From: Bdellovibrionota bacterium
GTDB lineage: Bacteria > Bdellovibrionota_C > UBA2361 > OMII01
Length of the DNA stretch: 47,413 bases
Direction: 5' to 3'
Assembly (NCBI GenBank): GCA_044345405.1
Contig: JBIJBE010000026.1
Coordinates: 1-47,413, forward strand
The translations under genes and the position numbers were made by a program. The notes below the pieces were generated by a model. It was not told where the DNA came from and did no database searches. It saw nothing but the letters and a program-made list of their open reading frames with translations. This document shows positions 1 to 9,826 of this stretch, one piece after another. Position 1 is the first letter of the stretch, and every line of letters starts with the position of its first letter.

Positions 1-1930
1 TTTGCAAGCTCACGTGTTGAGGCACCCGTGTTTGGAGGATGACGTGTCCCTGCTTCTCTCGACGACCGGCGCGCCCCGCTACTTGGGTAAGGAGTTGAAA
101 CGCTCGCTCTCCAGCGCGGAAGTCAGGGACGTGAAGTCCCACATCGCAATCAACGATACCCACGAGGGTGACGTCGGGAAGATCGTGTCCCTTCGCGATC
201 ATCTGCGTTCCTACCAAGATGTCGATCTCTTTCGCGCGCATCTTGTGGAGCACGGCGGTGTAGTCATCGATCGTTTTGACGGCGTCTCTATCGAGCTTTG
301 CGATGCGAGCTGTAGGGAGAAGTTCCGATATCTCTTCAAAGACCCGCTCGGTGCCGGCCCCCCGTTGTTTAAAAAGTGGCTCGGCTTCGAGGTTTCCTGA
401 CGCGTGAGGATCCTTCGCTCCGCAACTTGAGCACGCGACAGGGGGTGGGGTGGTAAATCCACAGAAGTGGCAGAGCAGCGAATTTGTGTTTCGGTGAAAG
501 GTGAGGGTTACGCTACAGTGTGGGCACCCAACAACGGTTTCGCATCCGGTACACTGTAGGTAGCTGGCGAAGCCACGTCGGTTGTAGAGTACGAACGCCT
601 GCTCCCCGCTATGCAGCGCTTCTTTGAGCGCGGTGAGGAGCTTTGGGGAGATATTTCGCGAGGGCATGTCCCACGGTTTGAGGCGGTTGAGGTCAACGAG
701 GTCAAAGGAGAGTGGTCGCGAGGTGAAGAAGCGGCTCTTGAGGGTAAGAAGGTGGTGTTTGCCAGACCTCGCGTGTTGGAAACTTTCAAGGGACGGGGTC
801 GCTGAGCCGAGAACGATGGGGCATCCAACCAACTTTGCTCGAACGACGGCGAGGTCTCGAGCGTTGTACCGAATCCCTTCGCCTTGTTTGAACGATCCGT
901 CGTGCTCCTCATCGACCACGATGACGCCGAGTTCCTTCATCGGAGCGAAGATGGCGGAGCGGGCGCCTATGACGACCTTGGTTTCACCGGAGAGTACGTT
1001 GCTCCAGTGTTGCCACCGTTGGTGGGGTTTCAGGCTACTGTGAAGAACGGCTACACGCTGCCCAAGACGACTCTCAAATCGATCAAGGAGCTGCGGGGTC
1101 AGCGCTATCTCGGGTACCACCACGAGCGCTGAGCGACCCTGTTTTAGCGCCTCGATGATGAGCTCAAGGTAGACCTCTGTCTTACCGCTTCCTGTGACAC
1201 CGTGGAGTAGGAATGAGGAGAACGATCGGTCCGTAACGTGTGCGAGGATGGGGAGGGTTGCATCCCGCTGCTCCTGCGATAACGCGTCGATGAGTGAGGT
1301 CGCCGTTGTCGTCGGACGCTCTTCGTGCTCTGAGGGGGGCGTTATCGCGCTCTGTATGAACCCCTTCTCCTCAAGCGTTTTGATGATAGCCGAGGAGACA
1401 TCGCATGCTTGGCGTACCGCAGACACCTGTGTCCATGTGTTCTCCTTTTGGAGAAAGTCGATCACCCGTTGTTGGGCCGCGCCCCGCTTGGTTGTGGGGA
1501 GGGGAGAGGCAAGGGTGATAAAAGGGTCCTTCCTTCCAAACGCCGGAGTGGGAACCGCGACATCGAGGATTTTTGAGAGGGGCTCAGCGTAGTACTTCGC
1601 GATCCACTCGTAGAACGCGAGGTGCTCCTCGGTGAACGCTTTGATGGGGCGAGAGGATGACGGGATAGGTTTAATCTTCACCCCCCGTTCCGCAATCTCT
1701 TTTGCCGCGGCTCGCTCTCGGTCTGAGTTCGCTGATATCACAAACCCAGGCACGGCGCGGCGGCCGAGCTGCACCTCTATCATGCAACCAACCGACATCT
1801 CTGGACACGCGATCGGGTCGAAGGCGTAGAGGTATTCACCCTCTAAGGGAGGCACGACCACCGTGACCAACGAGTTTGGAATCTCCTGAGGTGGTGGGGT
1901 TGGTGCGTCTATGAGGGATAGCTGAGACAT
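1..1930 (-). CDS. priA: Primosomal protein N' (PriA helicase), 3'-truncated by the window edge
   Basis: Manual minus-strand translation from ATG at 1930 gives GVTGSGKTEVYL (Walker A), VPEIALTPQ, VIGARSAIFAP, IVVDEEHD, LGSATPSLES and CxxC zinc motifs. The frame is open to the edge, so it is absent from the ORF track. Confidence 0.96.
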   Translation of the reverse strand, partial: MSQLSLIDAPTPPPQEIPNSLVTVVVPPLEGEYLYAFDPIACPEMSVGCMIEVQLGRRAVPGFVISANSDRERAAAKEIAERGVKIKPIPSSSRPIKAFTEEHLAFYEWIAKYYAEPLSKILDVAVPTPAFGRKDPFITLASPLPTTKRGAAQQRVIDFLQKENTWTQVSAVRQACDVSSAIIKTLEEKGFIQSAITPPSEHEERPTTTATSLIDALSQEQRDATLPILAHVTDRSFSSFLLHGVTGSGKTEVYLELIIEALKQGRSALVVVPEIALTPQLLDRFESRLGQRVAVLHSSLKPHQRWQHWSNVLSGETKVVIGARSAIFAPMKELGVIVVDEEHDGSFKQGEGIRYNARDLAVVRAKLVGCPIVLGSATPSLESFQHARSGKHHLLTLKSRFFTSRPLSFDLVDLNRLKPWDMPSRNISPKLLTALKEALHSGEQAFVLYNRRGFASYLQCTGCETVVGCPHCSVTLTFHRNTNSLLCHFCGFTTPPPVACSSCGAKDPHASGNLEAEPLFKQRGAGTERVFEEISELLPTARIAKLDRDAVKTIDDYTAVLHKMRAKEIDILVGTQMIAKGHDLPDVTLVGIVDCDVGLHVPDFRAGERAFQLLTQVAGRAGRREKQGHVILQTRVPQHVSLQ

Positions 1931-2156
1931 CTGTCAGGCATTGTACCCCGTTGCCTACAACTTGGAAGGGTTGAATCCGCCAAACGGGTCGCAAATATTA
2001 CCTCTTCGACGCGGTAAAAACGCACCCCCAAAAGAAGCTGATAAGCGGTTGATATCTCTGTGCCCGTCTACGGCATTTGGGCCAGTGACGGCGAGCTAGT
2101 GCCACGCAACTCCTAACTCACATCCCCGATACGTATCCCGGGGCGTGGTGGGCACT

Positions 2157-3050
2157 ATGAGAGCTTTTCTTGAACGGTGGTGGCATGGAAGGGACCCGAT
2201 CCTTGGCATAGATATCCGTGATAACGGTATCGTCATCGCGGATGTCGATCTTCGGGGGAAAAATCGGTGGCGTACGGTTGATGCTTCGGCGTTCGATGGC
2301 GACGGTTGTGGCGGCGTTGGCGGAGTGTTGAAGGATACACGCGCCTTTTCGTCGCTCCTCCGTGACTTTATCTCCTCGTCCCCCATGCGGATTGATCGGT
2401 GCGCAGTAGCATTTCCAGAGGGTCTCACCTCTATCTCTTGGGTAACGCTCCCTAACGATATCGTGGATAGGTCTGAAGAGGTGAGGTACGAGGCGGCGCT
2501 TGAGCGGGTGTACCTTCGACCGCAGGATGTGCGGGGGAGGGTCTACCTTGTGAAGCGATCCTCGGCAGGGAGCCCAAACGCATTACTTGTCGCGGCAAAA
2601 GCGGCTGACGTGGCTTTACTTGAAGACGGTGTGGCGCTAGCTGGCCTTGAGTTAGCGTGTCTTACGCCGCGAGTGTTTGCGCTACATCATCTTGTTTCGT
2701 TGTCAGGACTTGCTTCGAACGACCATCTTATCGCGTTTTGCGACTGCTCGACCCAATCGTCCTTCTATCACCTCTTCAACGGCCCTCACTATCACTCGTC
2801 TACTCGTGAGTTTGGTGAACTCGTGCGGGAGATTGAACGGCGCGTTGAGGGGAGCGATCAGTCGAACGGTTCAGGATGGGTTACGTTTCTGAGCGACGGT
2901 GATGATAAGAAGGCCGCGCTCCTTCAACACAGAATACCTTCAGCCCGGGCTATCGCAATGAATGAACTACTCGTTCACGGGTTATCGAAGCTTGATCCTG
3001 AACAGGCAGCGGCAGCGGCACTCTCGTTGTGGGAGGTTCGGTTACCATGA
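2157..3050 (+). CDS. pilM: Type IV pilus assembly protein PilM-like (divergent)
   Basis: N-terminal ILGIDI, LLVAAK and LAGLELACLTPRVFAL segments resemble PilM. First gene of an overlapping three-gene cluster upstream of pilQ. Confidence 0.7.
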   Translation: MRAFLERWWHGRDPILGIDIRDNGIVIADVDLRGKNRWRTVDASAFDGDGCGGVGGVLKDTRAFSSLLRDFISSSPMRIDRCAVAFPEGLTSISWVTLPNDIVDRSEEVRYEAALERVYLRPQDVRGRVYLVKRSSAGSPNALLVAAKAADVALLEDGVALAGLELACLTPRVFALHHLVSLSGLASNDHLIAFCDCSTQSSFYHLFNGPHYHSSTREFGELVREIERRVEGSDQSNGSGWVTFLSDGDDKKAALLQHRIPSARAIAMNELLVHGLSKLDPEQAAAAALSLWEVRLP

Positions 3051-3583
3051 TGGTTAATCTCATAAAGAGCGCGCCATGGAGCGTAGGGGAGATGCGGTCG
3101 TTATTGTTTCGGCAGATCGTGTACGCGTGTATCGCAATCATGATGGTGTTAGGTGCGGTCGTATTTGTGAGGTTGATCCTGGCACGATACACCCCGCACA
3201 ACCAACCTCAGCATGCGGTGTCATCTGAGGTGCTATCGAAATGTCATTCGGATCTTGAGAGGCTTGAGCGATTCAATCTTTTGCAGTCCGAGAGTGACCG
3301 GTCGCGCGGTCGTCCGGGACAGGCCTTGCATATCGTGGAGGGTGCGATCCCATCCGATCTCTGGCTGACTGAGCTTGTGGTATCAGAGGCTCGAATCGAT
3401 GTTGTAGGAATGTCCCGGTCTGAGTCCGCTGTGTCGACCTTTGTAGAGGCGGTAGCCACATCTGGAGCGGTGCGCGACCTCCGCCTTGAATCCTCGCGCG
3501 TGATCTCTGATGGGGGACCCGATATGCGGGAGTTTCATATCTCAGGGAATCTCGCGGAGCGGGAGTCGGGAGTTCATGAGTAG
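3047..3583 (+). CDS. pilN: PilN-like protein
   Basis: MVNLIK start, single TM helix and IPSDLWLTEL...IDVVGMSRSESAVSTFVEAV PilN motif. ATGA overlap with pilM; GGAGG upstream. Confidence 0.82.
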   Translation: MMVNLIKSAPWSVGEMRSLLFRQIVYACIAIMMVLGAVVFVRLILARYTPHNQPQHAVSSEVLSKCHSDLERLERFNLLQSESDRSRGRPGQALHIVEGAIPSDLWLTELVVSEARIDVVGMSRSESAVSTFVEAVATSGAVRDLRLESSRVISDGGPDMREFHISGNLAERESGVHE

Positions 3584-4163
3584 GGCGAGGAGGTGCCGGC
3601 GGTTCATAGATGCGTTCGTTGAGAGGGCTCGCTGGGTGTCCCATCCGAGGCTCTATCTCGCGATCGTCACGTTTCATCTCATCGTTCTGAGCTCGACCGG
3701 CTATGGGGCGTGTGCGGTGGGAGATGTGTGGAAGGTGGTTGAGCGCTACCGTGAAGCGCGCAGCGACGCGCTTCGAGCTCGTGAACGCAGGGAGGAATTC
3801 AAGTCGATAGTATCAAGGCTCGAGAAGTTTCAGCGCACTCATGGCGCGGATGATTCACGTAGGGGTGATGACGCGATGGCGCACTCGATCGTGCGTGAAA
3901 GCGCCGAAAAACAGGGCCTACAGTTGAAAGGGTTCGTGGCGACGGAAGAGGAGGGGACGCACCTTGTTACCCTTGAGGGTGCCTTCGCCAACGTTGTGAT
4001 GTGGACGGCGGCGCTGCCGCAGGACTTTGAGTCGTTTTATGGACGGCGTTTTACCGCACGGAGTCTCTCCTCCCGTGGAGAGACACTTGAGGTAGAGTTT
4101 CTCATCAAAAAATCGCCGAATGCGCCCGAATTGTCACCGCTTTGTAACACCGAACTCAGGTGA
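3576..4163 (+). CDS. PilO-like protein (highly divergent)
   Basis: Position after pilN with an 8-bp overlap; TM helix, coiled coil and VTLEGAFANVVMW resembling the PilO/GspM fold. Confidence 0.55.
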   Translation: MSRARRCRRFIDAFVERARWVSHPRLYLAIVTFHLIVLSSTGYGACAVGDVWKVVERYREARSDALRARERREEFKSIVSRLEKFQRTHGADDSRRGDDAMAHSIVRESAEKQGLQLKGFVATEEEGTHLVTLEGAFANVVMWTAALPQDFESFYGRRFTARSLSSRGETLEVEFLIKKSPNAPELSPLCNTELR

Positions 4164-4512
4164 CGGCGTTTGGAATATTTTGTGACGGCGGTTGATATGT
4201 CTCCTCCCGTTGTGAAGGTCGGAACTCCAAAAAATTCAGCGACTTTTGAAAAGCGGTAACCATCTCATCTTGGAGAGTTCGAATCACCATTCGTCATCGA
4301 AGGCAGGAAGCCTTCTCATGAGCGGACGTAGTACGAGGTAGGAAGTGACGAACTCGGATTTGAGGATCACCTGGTTTTTCCGGTGAGGTTTTTCAAAAGG
4401 AACGCTGCGGCATGAGTGATCGGCAGAGCGCAAAAAATAAGACGCAAAGGATTGCTTCCCAGGAAGTTACTGGCGAGCGCTACGCTGATGTCGCGGTATT
4501 GAGGGGGAAGGC

Positions 4513-7125
4513 ATGAAGTCTCTCATAGGTAATCAAGGCATACTGAGGGCGACGCTCGCGTTGACGCTCACAGTCGTGTCCTCAGTAGAGGCGGAGCCTC
4601 TCAATCCTTCCGCTGTCAACGCGGGTGGTCGTTCCGTCGTCGCTCGTTCAAAGGGAATCGTTGGTGTTAATGTGGCTCACACAAACGGGGTCGATCAGGT
4701 TTTGATCGATACCGAATCCGATCATCCGGTGTATCAGGTTAAGCGACTCGAAAATCCACCTCGACTGGTTATTGATCTTACCTCTCAAAAGATTAGCACA
4801 AGCAAAACACTCGCGATCGCGGATCTTGATCGTGTCTCAACCATTCGTATCGGCGCGCAACCAACGTCCGGCCGTATCGTGATGGATCTCGCGGAAGGTC
4901 AGACGATCTCCCATAACGTGAGGGCGGAGGGAGGAAAGATCGTTGTTACCCTCTCTTCAGACGGAAAGAATACCGTTCAAAATCCTATCCCCGTAAGCGC
5001 GCAACCTAAAGTTGATAAGGCTTCGGTGGTTCCTGTTAAGTCAGAGCCTCGTCTTCCAGAGATCGAGAAGCAGGAAGATTCGAAGACTGAGCGTCTTCCA
5101 AAAATCGAGAACGCGATAGTTCCGGCCTCTTTGACCGACGAGGCAAAGGTGCCTCCAGCTGTTAAGGTCGAAAAAAAGGAAGAGGCTCCAAAGCTTAAGG
5201 ATGTGAAGCCGGTACTTGATGAGGAGCTCGCGCCAAAGAGCTCCGACATCCTCACCAAGGAGGTTTCAGTTCTTCCGGTATCCGCGCTCACGACTGCCGC
5301 GGCCGCCAAGGTGAAGAGCGTTCGACTCACAGCATCAAACGGCTCCTCGACCGTGGTCGCGGTGGATGTAGAGCGGACCCCCGAGTTCACGATCGAGCGC
5401 ACAGCTCCATCGGAATATGTATTAACGTTGAAAAACACCTCGCTTCCCGATAGCGCCTTAAGCGCGACGCTGTTCTCTGAGTCCCAAACAGCCCCGATCC
5501 GCTCGGTGCGTTCAACCGTTCGAGGGCAAGACGCGCTTATCCGCATCTTCGCGCAGCCAAATATATACCTCACCGCTAAGATCGTCGGTAGTCAGGTGGT
5601 CGTGGAGGAGACGAAGGACCTCAAACAGGTTGTTGATGATATGCGCGCGCAGCTTGCCCCTAAGGATACCGCCGCGTCGGTAGATAAGAAGGAGAAGAGC
5701 GCTCCGAAAGGTAAAGACACATCAGTAGCGGCTAAGTCCGAGCCGGCCCCTAAGGCTACTCAAGAGGAGGAGATGTCTGAAAGTGAGGTTCGATCCCTGC
5801 TTGGTGATACCGCTCGTTACACGGGCAAGCTGATCTCTCTCGACCTGCAAGATACCGATATCGATAACGCGCTCCGAATCATCGCTGAGGTTTCAAACCT
5901 TAACATCGTCGCGAGTGAGGACGTGGTGGGTAAGGTGACGTTGCGACTGACGGACGTTCCATGGGATCAAGCGCTCGACGTTATCCTCAAGACGCACGGG
6001 CTCGATAAGGTGCTTGAAGGCAACGTGATGCGAATAGCTCCAGTTGATAAGCTGCGTGTTGAGCGAGAGTCGCTCAAGCAGGCGCAGCTCGCTGACATCG
6101 AGCTCGCGCAGCTCCTGGTTAAGTACATTCGCGTAAGTTACGGAAAGGCCTCCGAGTTGAAGAGCCTCGTTGAGACGGTGCTCTCTGAGCGCGGTACGGT
6201 CGCTTATGATGAGCGTTCAAACCAGCTCATCGTGAAGGATATTCAATCGGGCCTCGATAACGTCACTGAGCTTGTGTCGAAGGTCGACCTCCGCACTCCT
6301 CAGGTTCTGCTTGAGACTCAGATCGTTGAGGCGAGCCGCAATCTCACTCGTGACCTGGGTAGCGAACTTGGATTCCAATACATTCAATCGCCAGCGACCG
6401 GAAATGGCACGGGCTTGAACTTCCCATCAGCGGTATCGGTGGGCGGAACGCTCGCGAACAACGGACTTGGGGCCTCGGCTTTCCCAGCCGCGGTATCGGC
6501 GACGGCTGGTTCGGCGGTGAGCATGTTGTTCGATAGCGCTGACGGCACTAAGAGCCTTGAGCTTCGTCTTACACAATTAGAGTCCGAGGGGCGTGTTCGA
6601 ATCGTGAGCCGTCCAGCGGTTGCGACGACGAACAACAAGCCAGCGGAGATCAAGAGCGTAGAGAAATATCGTGTACGTCTCCCAAGTGGAGGAACATCCG
6701 TGGCGACGGGCCAGGGCTCTACAGCGAATGGAACGGGCGGCGCGGCGACAGAGGTCATTGAGGCGGGAATCGTGCTCAACGTTACCCCTCAGGCTTCACC
6801 TGACTACTACATCTTGCTCGATATCAAGGCCAAGTCCAGTACCTTCGGAAACTCAACAGTTGAGGGTATTCCGAACGAGATTGAGCGTAGCGCTAGCTCC
6901 TCGGTTCTCGTCTCGAGCGGTCAGACCTTCGCGCTCGGCGGAATCTACAAGCTCATGGATAAAGACGATGTGACTGGAGTTCCGTTTATCAAGGATATTC
7001 CGGTGCTTGGAACGTTCTTCAGGCGTCTTCAGACAACGAACACCGATGAGGAGTTGTTGTTCTTCATCACACCACGAATCGTTGAGGGAAGTTTCGACGA
7101 TTCCATCATGAAGTCCGCTTCCTAA
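4513..7125 (+). CDS. pilQ: Type IV pilus secretin PilQ with two AMIN-like domains
   Basis: Signal peptide, LENPPRLVIDL (AMIN), YTGKLISLDLQDTDI...VPWDQALDVIL, YDERSNQLIV, GVPFIKDIPVLGTFFR and ELLFFITPRIV; GAGGGGG RBS. Confidence 0.97.
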   Translation: MKSLIGNQGILRATLALTLTVVSSVEAEPLNPSAVNAGGRSVVARSKGIVGVNVAHTNGVDQVLIDTESDHPVYQVKRLENPPRLVIDLTSQKISTSKTLAIADLDRVSTIRIGAQPTSGRIVMDLAEGQTISHNVRAEGGKIVVTLSSDGKNTVQNPIPVSAQPKVDKASVVPVKSEPRLPEIEKQEDSKTERLPKIENAIVPASLTDEAKVPPAVKVEKKEEAPKLKDVKPVLDEELAPKSSDILTKEVSVLPVSALTTAAAAKVKSVRLTASNGSSTVVAVDVERTPEFTIERTAPSEYVLTLKNTSLPDSALSATLFSESQTAPIRSVRSTVRGQDALIRIFAQPNIYLTAKIVGSQVVVEETKDLKQVVDDMRAQLAPKDTAASVDKKEKSAPKGKDTSVAAKSEPAPKATQEEEMSESEVRSLLGDTARYTGKLISLDLQDTDIDNALRIIAEVSNLNIVASEDVVGKVTLRLTDVPWDQALDVILKTHGLDKVLEGNVMRIAPVDKLRVERESLKQAQLADIELAQLLVKYIRVSYGKASELKSLVETVLSERGTVAYDERSNQLIVKDIQSGLDNVTELVSKVDLRTPQVLLETQIVEASRNLTRDLGSELGFQYIQSPATGNGTGLNFPSAVSVGGTLANNGLGASAFPAAVSATAGSAVSMLFDSADGTKSLELRLTQLESEGRVRIVSRPAVATTNNKPAEIKSVEKYRVRLPSGGTSVATGQGSTANGTGGAATEVIEAGIVLNVTPQASPDYYILLDIKAKSSTFGNSTVEGIPNEIERSASSSVLVSSGQTFALGGIYKLMDKDDVTGVPFIKDIPVLGTFFRRLQTTNTDEELLFFITPRIVEGSFDDSIMKSAS

Positions 7126-7150
7126 TGATCTGCGATTGAGAGGCTCGATT

Positions 7151-8089
7151 ATGAAACACTTGAGATGGCTCCTAATTGTTGTGGCACCGATTCTCGCGAT
7201 TATCGGGTGCGGTGGTAACGGCGCGTCGAGTAACGACCAAGGTGTTTCAGTAACCTTGTTGGGTCTCTTTCAAACCGCGACCTCTACGTCTACCACCGGT
7301 GGTGGTACCGCCGGCGGTGCCACCAACTCTTTGACAGGTTGCGGGCAGTTGCCTCAGCCACTCTCGGTTGGTTTCATTAGTCTCGGTCAGACCATGCCGC
7401 AGCCAACCCCAACGCCGACCGGATCCTCAGGTACCAGCACATCCGGATTGTCTATCGATCCGTCCGGAGCCGTCTACGCGATCGTTGGATTGCAGAATAA
7501 TTTGTACGGACAGGTGTTCCGGGCAGATCGTGTGCTCCTTGAATACTACATCCCAGGCGCGTCTGTTCAGCCACCCTCCACGAATGTGGCTCTGAATATG
7601 CTGGCTGGTCCGGCGGAGGCGGGGACGCAAGGGAACATTGGGGGTGCCACCGGTACTCCAACGGCGGGCATTCGTCGCCCTAACATCACAAGTCTTCCTC
7701 CGTCGTTTAATCAGATCTGCAACCGCGCGTTTACGGAGGTGCCGATCATTCCTGCCCCCATACGTGAGTGGCTCGTATTCAACAGCAACCAGCTTCCCGA
7801 GGCTCCTTTCGACCTTGAGATCGTGATCACCTTGACCGGTTTGTCATCGGGTGGAAATCGGTACGACACCAATCAGGGACTTTTCACGATCAGCGTCGTG
7901 CCGGAGATCCCAGTTATTCCCCCGACTCCAGTAGTATCATCCAGCGCCGAATCGAACGGAGTGGTTGTTGAGGGAGGAGAGACCGCGACGTTGAGCGCTC
8001 GACCAGAGGGCGTGGATGACGGTGAGGCCCAAGGACTCGATGAGCTTGAGGCCGCTTTCGATACGGAATCAGTGGTTCAGGGAGAGTAA
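7151..8089 (+). CDS. Hypothetical lipoprotein, Gly/Thr/Pro-rich
   Basis: MKHLRWLLIVVAPILAIIG-C lipobox; GAGAGG RBS; starts 25 bp after the pilQ stop. Confidence 0.75.
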   Translation: MKHLRWLLIVVAPILAIIGCGGNGASSNDQGVSVTLLGLFQTATSTSTTGGGTAGGATNSLTGCGQLPQPLSVGFISLGQTMPQPTPTPTGSSGTSTSGLSIDPSGAVYAIVGLQNNLYGQVFRADRVLLEYYIPGASVQPPSTNVALNMLAGPAEAGTQGNIGGATGTPTAGIRRPNITSLPPSFNQICNRAFTEVPIIPAPIREWLVFNSNQLPEAPFDLEIVITLTGLSSGGNRYDTNQGLFTISVVPEIPVIPPTPVVSSSAESNGVVVEGGETATLSARPEGVDDGEAQGLDELEAAFDTESVVQGE

Positions 8090-8143
8090 GTCGTTCAGTT
8101 GATAAGCGATATGCAACTATTCGGAAAGCCTTACCAAGGAAAC

Positions 8144-9208
8144 ATGACCATGCGACGCTACACATTCTCATTTTTCGCGGTAACTCTCGTTGGAGCGGGG
8201 ATCCTTGGCTTCGTTGGGTGTCAAGGTAACACCGATGGCGGCTCGGCGGCTGATCCGGATTATCGAGATGATGTGTTTGTCGGGGATGAGACGAGCACTG
8301 GAACCATTCGGGTAGTACTCAATGATTCTAGTATTCCAGTTGGTCAAACTTCCGGCTTCAAGGTGTTTGTGGCCGATTCAAAGGGACAGCCGATCCCGTA
8401 CACCCGAGTTATCTGCGATAGTGAGAAGGGAGTCGCTCTCATCGAACCTACCTCAGGATATGAGCTTACGAACGGTGACGGGGTGATGAGTGGTGTTATC
8501 GGATGCGCCGCTCCCGGTAGCTACCAGATGGTCTGCCGTTTGAGTGTTGGCGCTAACCGTCGGCAGTTCGTATCGGTTGCTTGTACAGGCGAGGTTCCAG
8601 CCGGCTTCTCCGGTTTCCCTGGAGCGGGAGGTGGAGGACTCGGAGGTGGAACGCAAACGACCGCCGATGGGGAGATTCAGATAACGGACGCTGGATTCGT
8701 AGACGATGGAAATTTCGCGTCATCTTCAGTGCCGACCGACGCCACAATCGATACCGTCCAAACCTCGGATTGCGATATTGCAACGTCAGCGCTCGACTTG
8801 GAGCCCTTCTACGATACCTACGCGGTATTGAATGTCGAAAATAACTTGCAGGAGCGTGTGACCCTGCTCTACCTCGAATGCTCGGTAACCGGAGTCGATG
8901 GAACGAGCAATGTCGCGGATTGTGGTACTATCGGACTGACGAGATCCTCAAATTCGACCCTGGAGGCCAATAACGACTCTACGATTATTCAGGTGCCGGT
9001 GTTTAAGATTTTCAACAGCGGAAAATACGTCGGAAATCCTACGAGTGGGACCGGTACCAGGATTACGGGCACGGGTCTCTACACCGTGTCGTTTAGACTC
9101 TACTACCAGAAGGCTTCCGACGTGAGTGGGGATGGAACCGACCTCCCTTACATTACCGCAAGCGCGACTGCCGCATTCGGGAATGTCAACCGATGCCCAT
9201 CAAGCTAG
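8144..9208 (+). CDS. Hypothetical lipoprotein, beta-rich with Ig/invasin-like N-domain and several Cys
   Basis: AAGGA RBS and ILGFVG-C lipobox; FKVFVADSKGQPIPYTRV...LTNGDGVMSG resembles a bacterial Ig-like (Big_1) strand pattern. Confidence 0.75.
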   Translation: MTMRRYTFSFFAVTLVGAGILGFVGCQGNTDGGSAADPDYRDDVFVGDETSTGTIRVVLNDSSIPVGQTSGFKVFVADSKGQPIPYTRVICDSEKGVALIEPTSGYELTNGDGVMSGVIGCAAPGSYQMVCRLSVGANRRQFVSVACTGEVPAGFSGFPGAGGGGLGGGTQTTADGEIQITDAGFVDDGNFASSSVPTDATIDTVQTSDCDIATSALDLEPFYDTYAVLNVENNLQERVTLLYLECSVTGVDGTSNVADCGTIGLTRSSNSTLEANNDSTIIQVPVFKIFNSGKYVGNPTSGTGTRITGTGLYTVSFRLYYQKASDVSGDGTDLPYITASATAAFGNVNRCPSS

Positions 9209-9338
9209 CTGCTCCCCGGTAGGCCTCCTCAAACTTGACTAGCAAGCTGCCTAAGTAGTTGTACTTACGCAGCTTGGAGGGAAAAAACTTACGCTTGGTA
9301 TTGGCTTTACCTCGTCTTCGTGGCTAGGATACGCCCCC

Positions 9339-9803
9339 ATGGATATCAAGGACATTGAGAACATCATCAAGATACTGAAACAGAACGAGGTAACCGAGTT
9401 CGAGCTCGAGCAAGAGGGAACTCGCGTAAAGCTTTCGAGAACGACCGGCGGCGGCTTCGTGGCCTCCGAAGCTCGTTACGAGATGGTTCCGGCGGTGCAG
9501 GTGTCAATGGCGCCCGTGGCCGCTTCTAATGGGTCGGCGCCTCAGGAAGACCTTGGTCGATACGTCAAGGTCGAGTCTCCGATCGTTGGAACGTTCTATC
9601 GTAAGCCTTCCCCTGACGCTGATGTCTTCGCGAAAGAGGGCGATACGGTGAGCAAGGGCGATACCCTTTGCATCATCGAAGCTATGAAGCTCATGAACGA
9701 GATCGAGGCGCCTACCTCCGGCAAGATCGTTAAGATCCTTGGTGTTGAGGGGCAGGTTATCGAGTTCGGTGAGGTCCTCTTCCTCATCGACCCAGCTGTG
9801 TAA
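9339..9803 (+). CDS. accB: Acetyl-CoA carboxylase biotin carboxyl carrier protein
   Basis: SPIVGTFYRKPSP and EAMKLMNEI biotinylation motif. Confidence 0.98.
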   Translation: MDIKDIENIIKILKQNEVTEFELEQEGTRVKLSRTTGGGFVASEARYEMVPAVQVSMAPVAASNGSAPQEDLGRYVKVESPIVGTFYRKPSPDADVFAKEGDTVSKGDTLCIIEAMKLMNEIEAPTSGKIVKILGVEGQVIEFGEVLFLIDPAV

Positions 9804-9826
9804 TCACAACTACCGCGGTAATTCAG

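Noticed and set aside
2-1829. Plus-strand ORFs in the ORF track (2..400, 611..805, 624..1043, 1194..1592 and others)
   Set aside because: Antisense shadows of priA. The same applies to the many short ORFs opposite accC, hppA, ettA, GH3 and hisS.
4237-4407. 6S RNA identity for the structured gap
   Set aside because: The size is similar, but my manual fold is branched rather than a rod with a central bubble, and the usual zapA/ygfA synteny is missing.
4420-4470. GACGCAAAG suggesting a c-di-GMP-I riboswitch before pilQ
   Set aside because: The GGCAAA-P2 stem with GNRA loop and the P1 pairing are absent; only the 9-mer matches.
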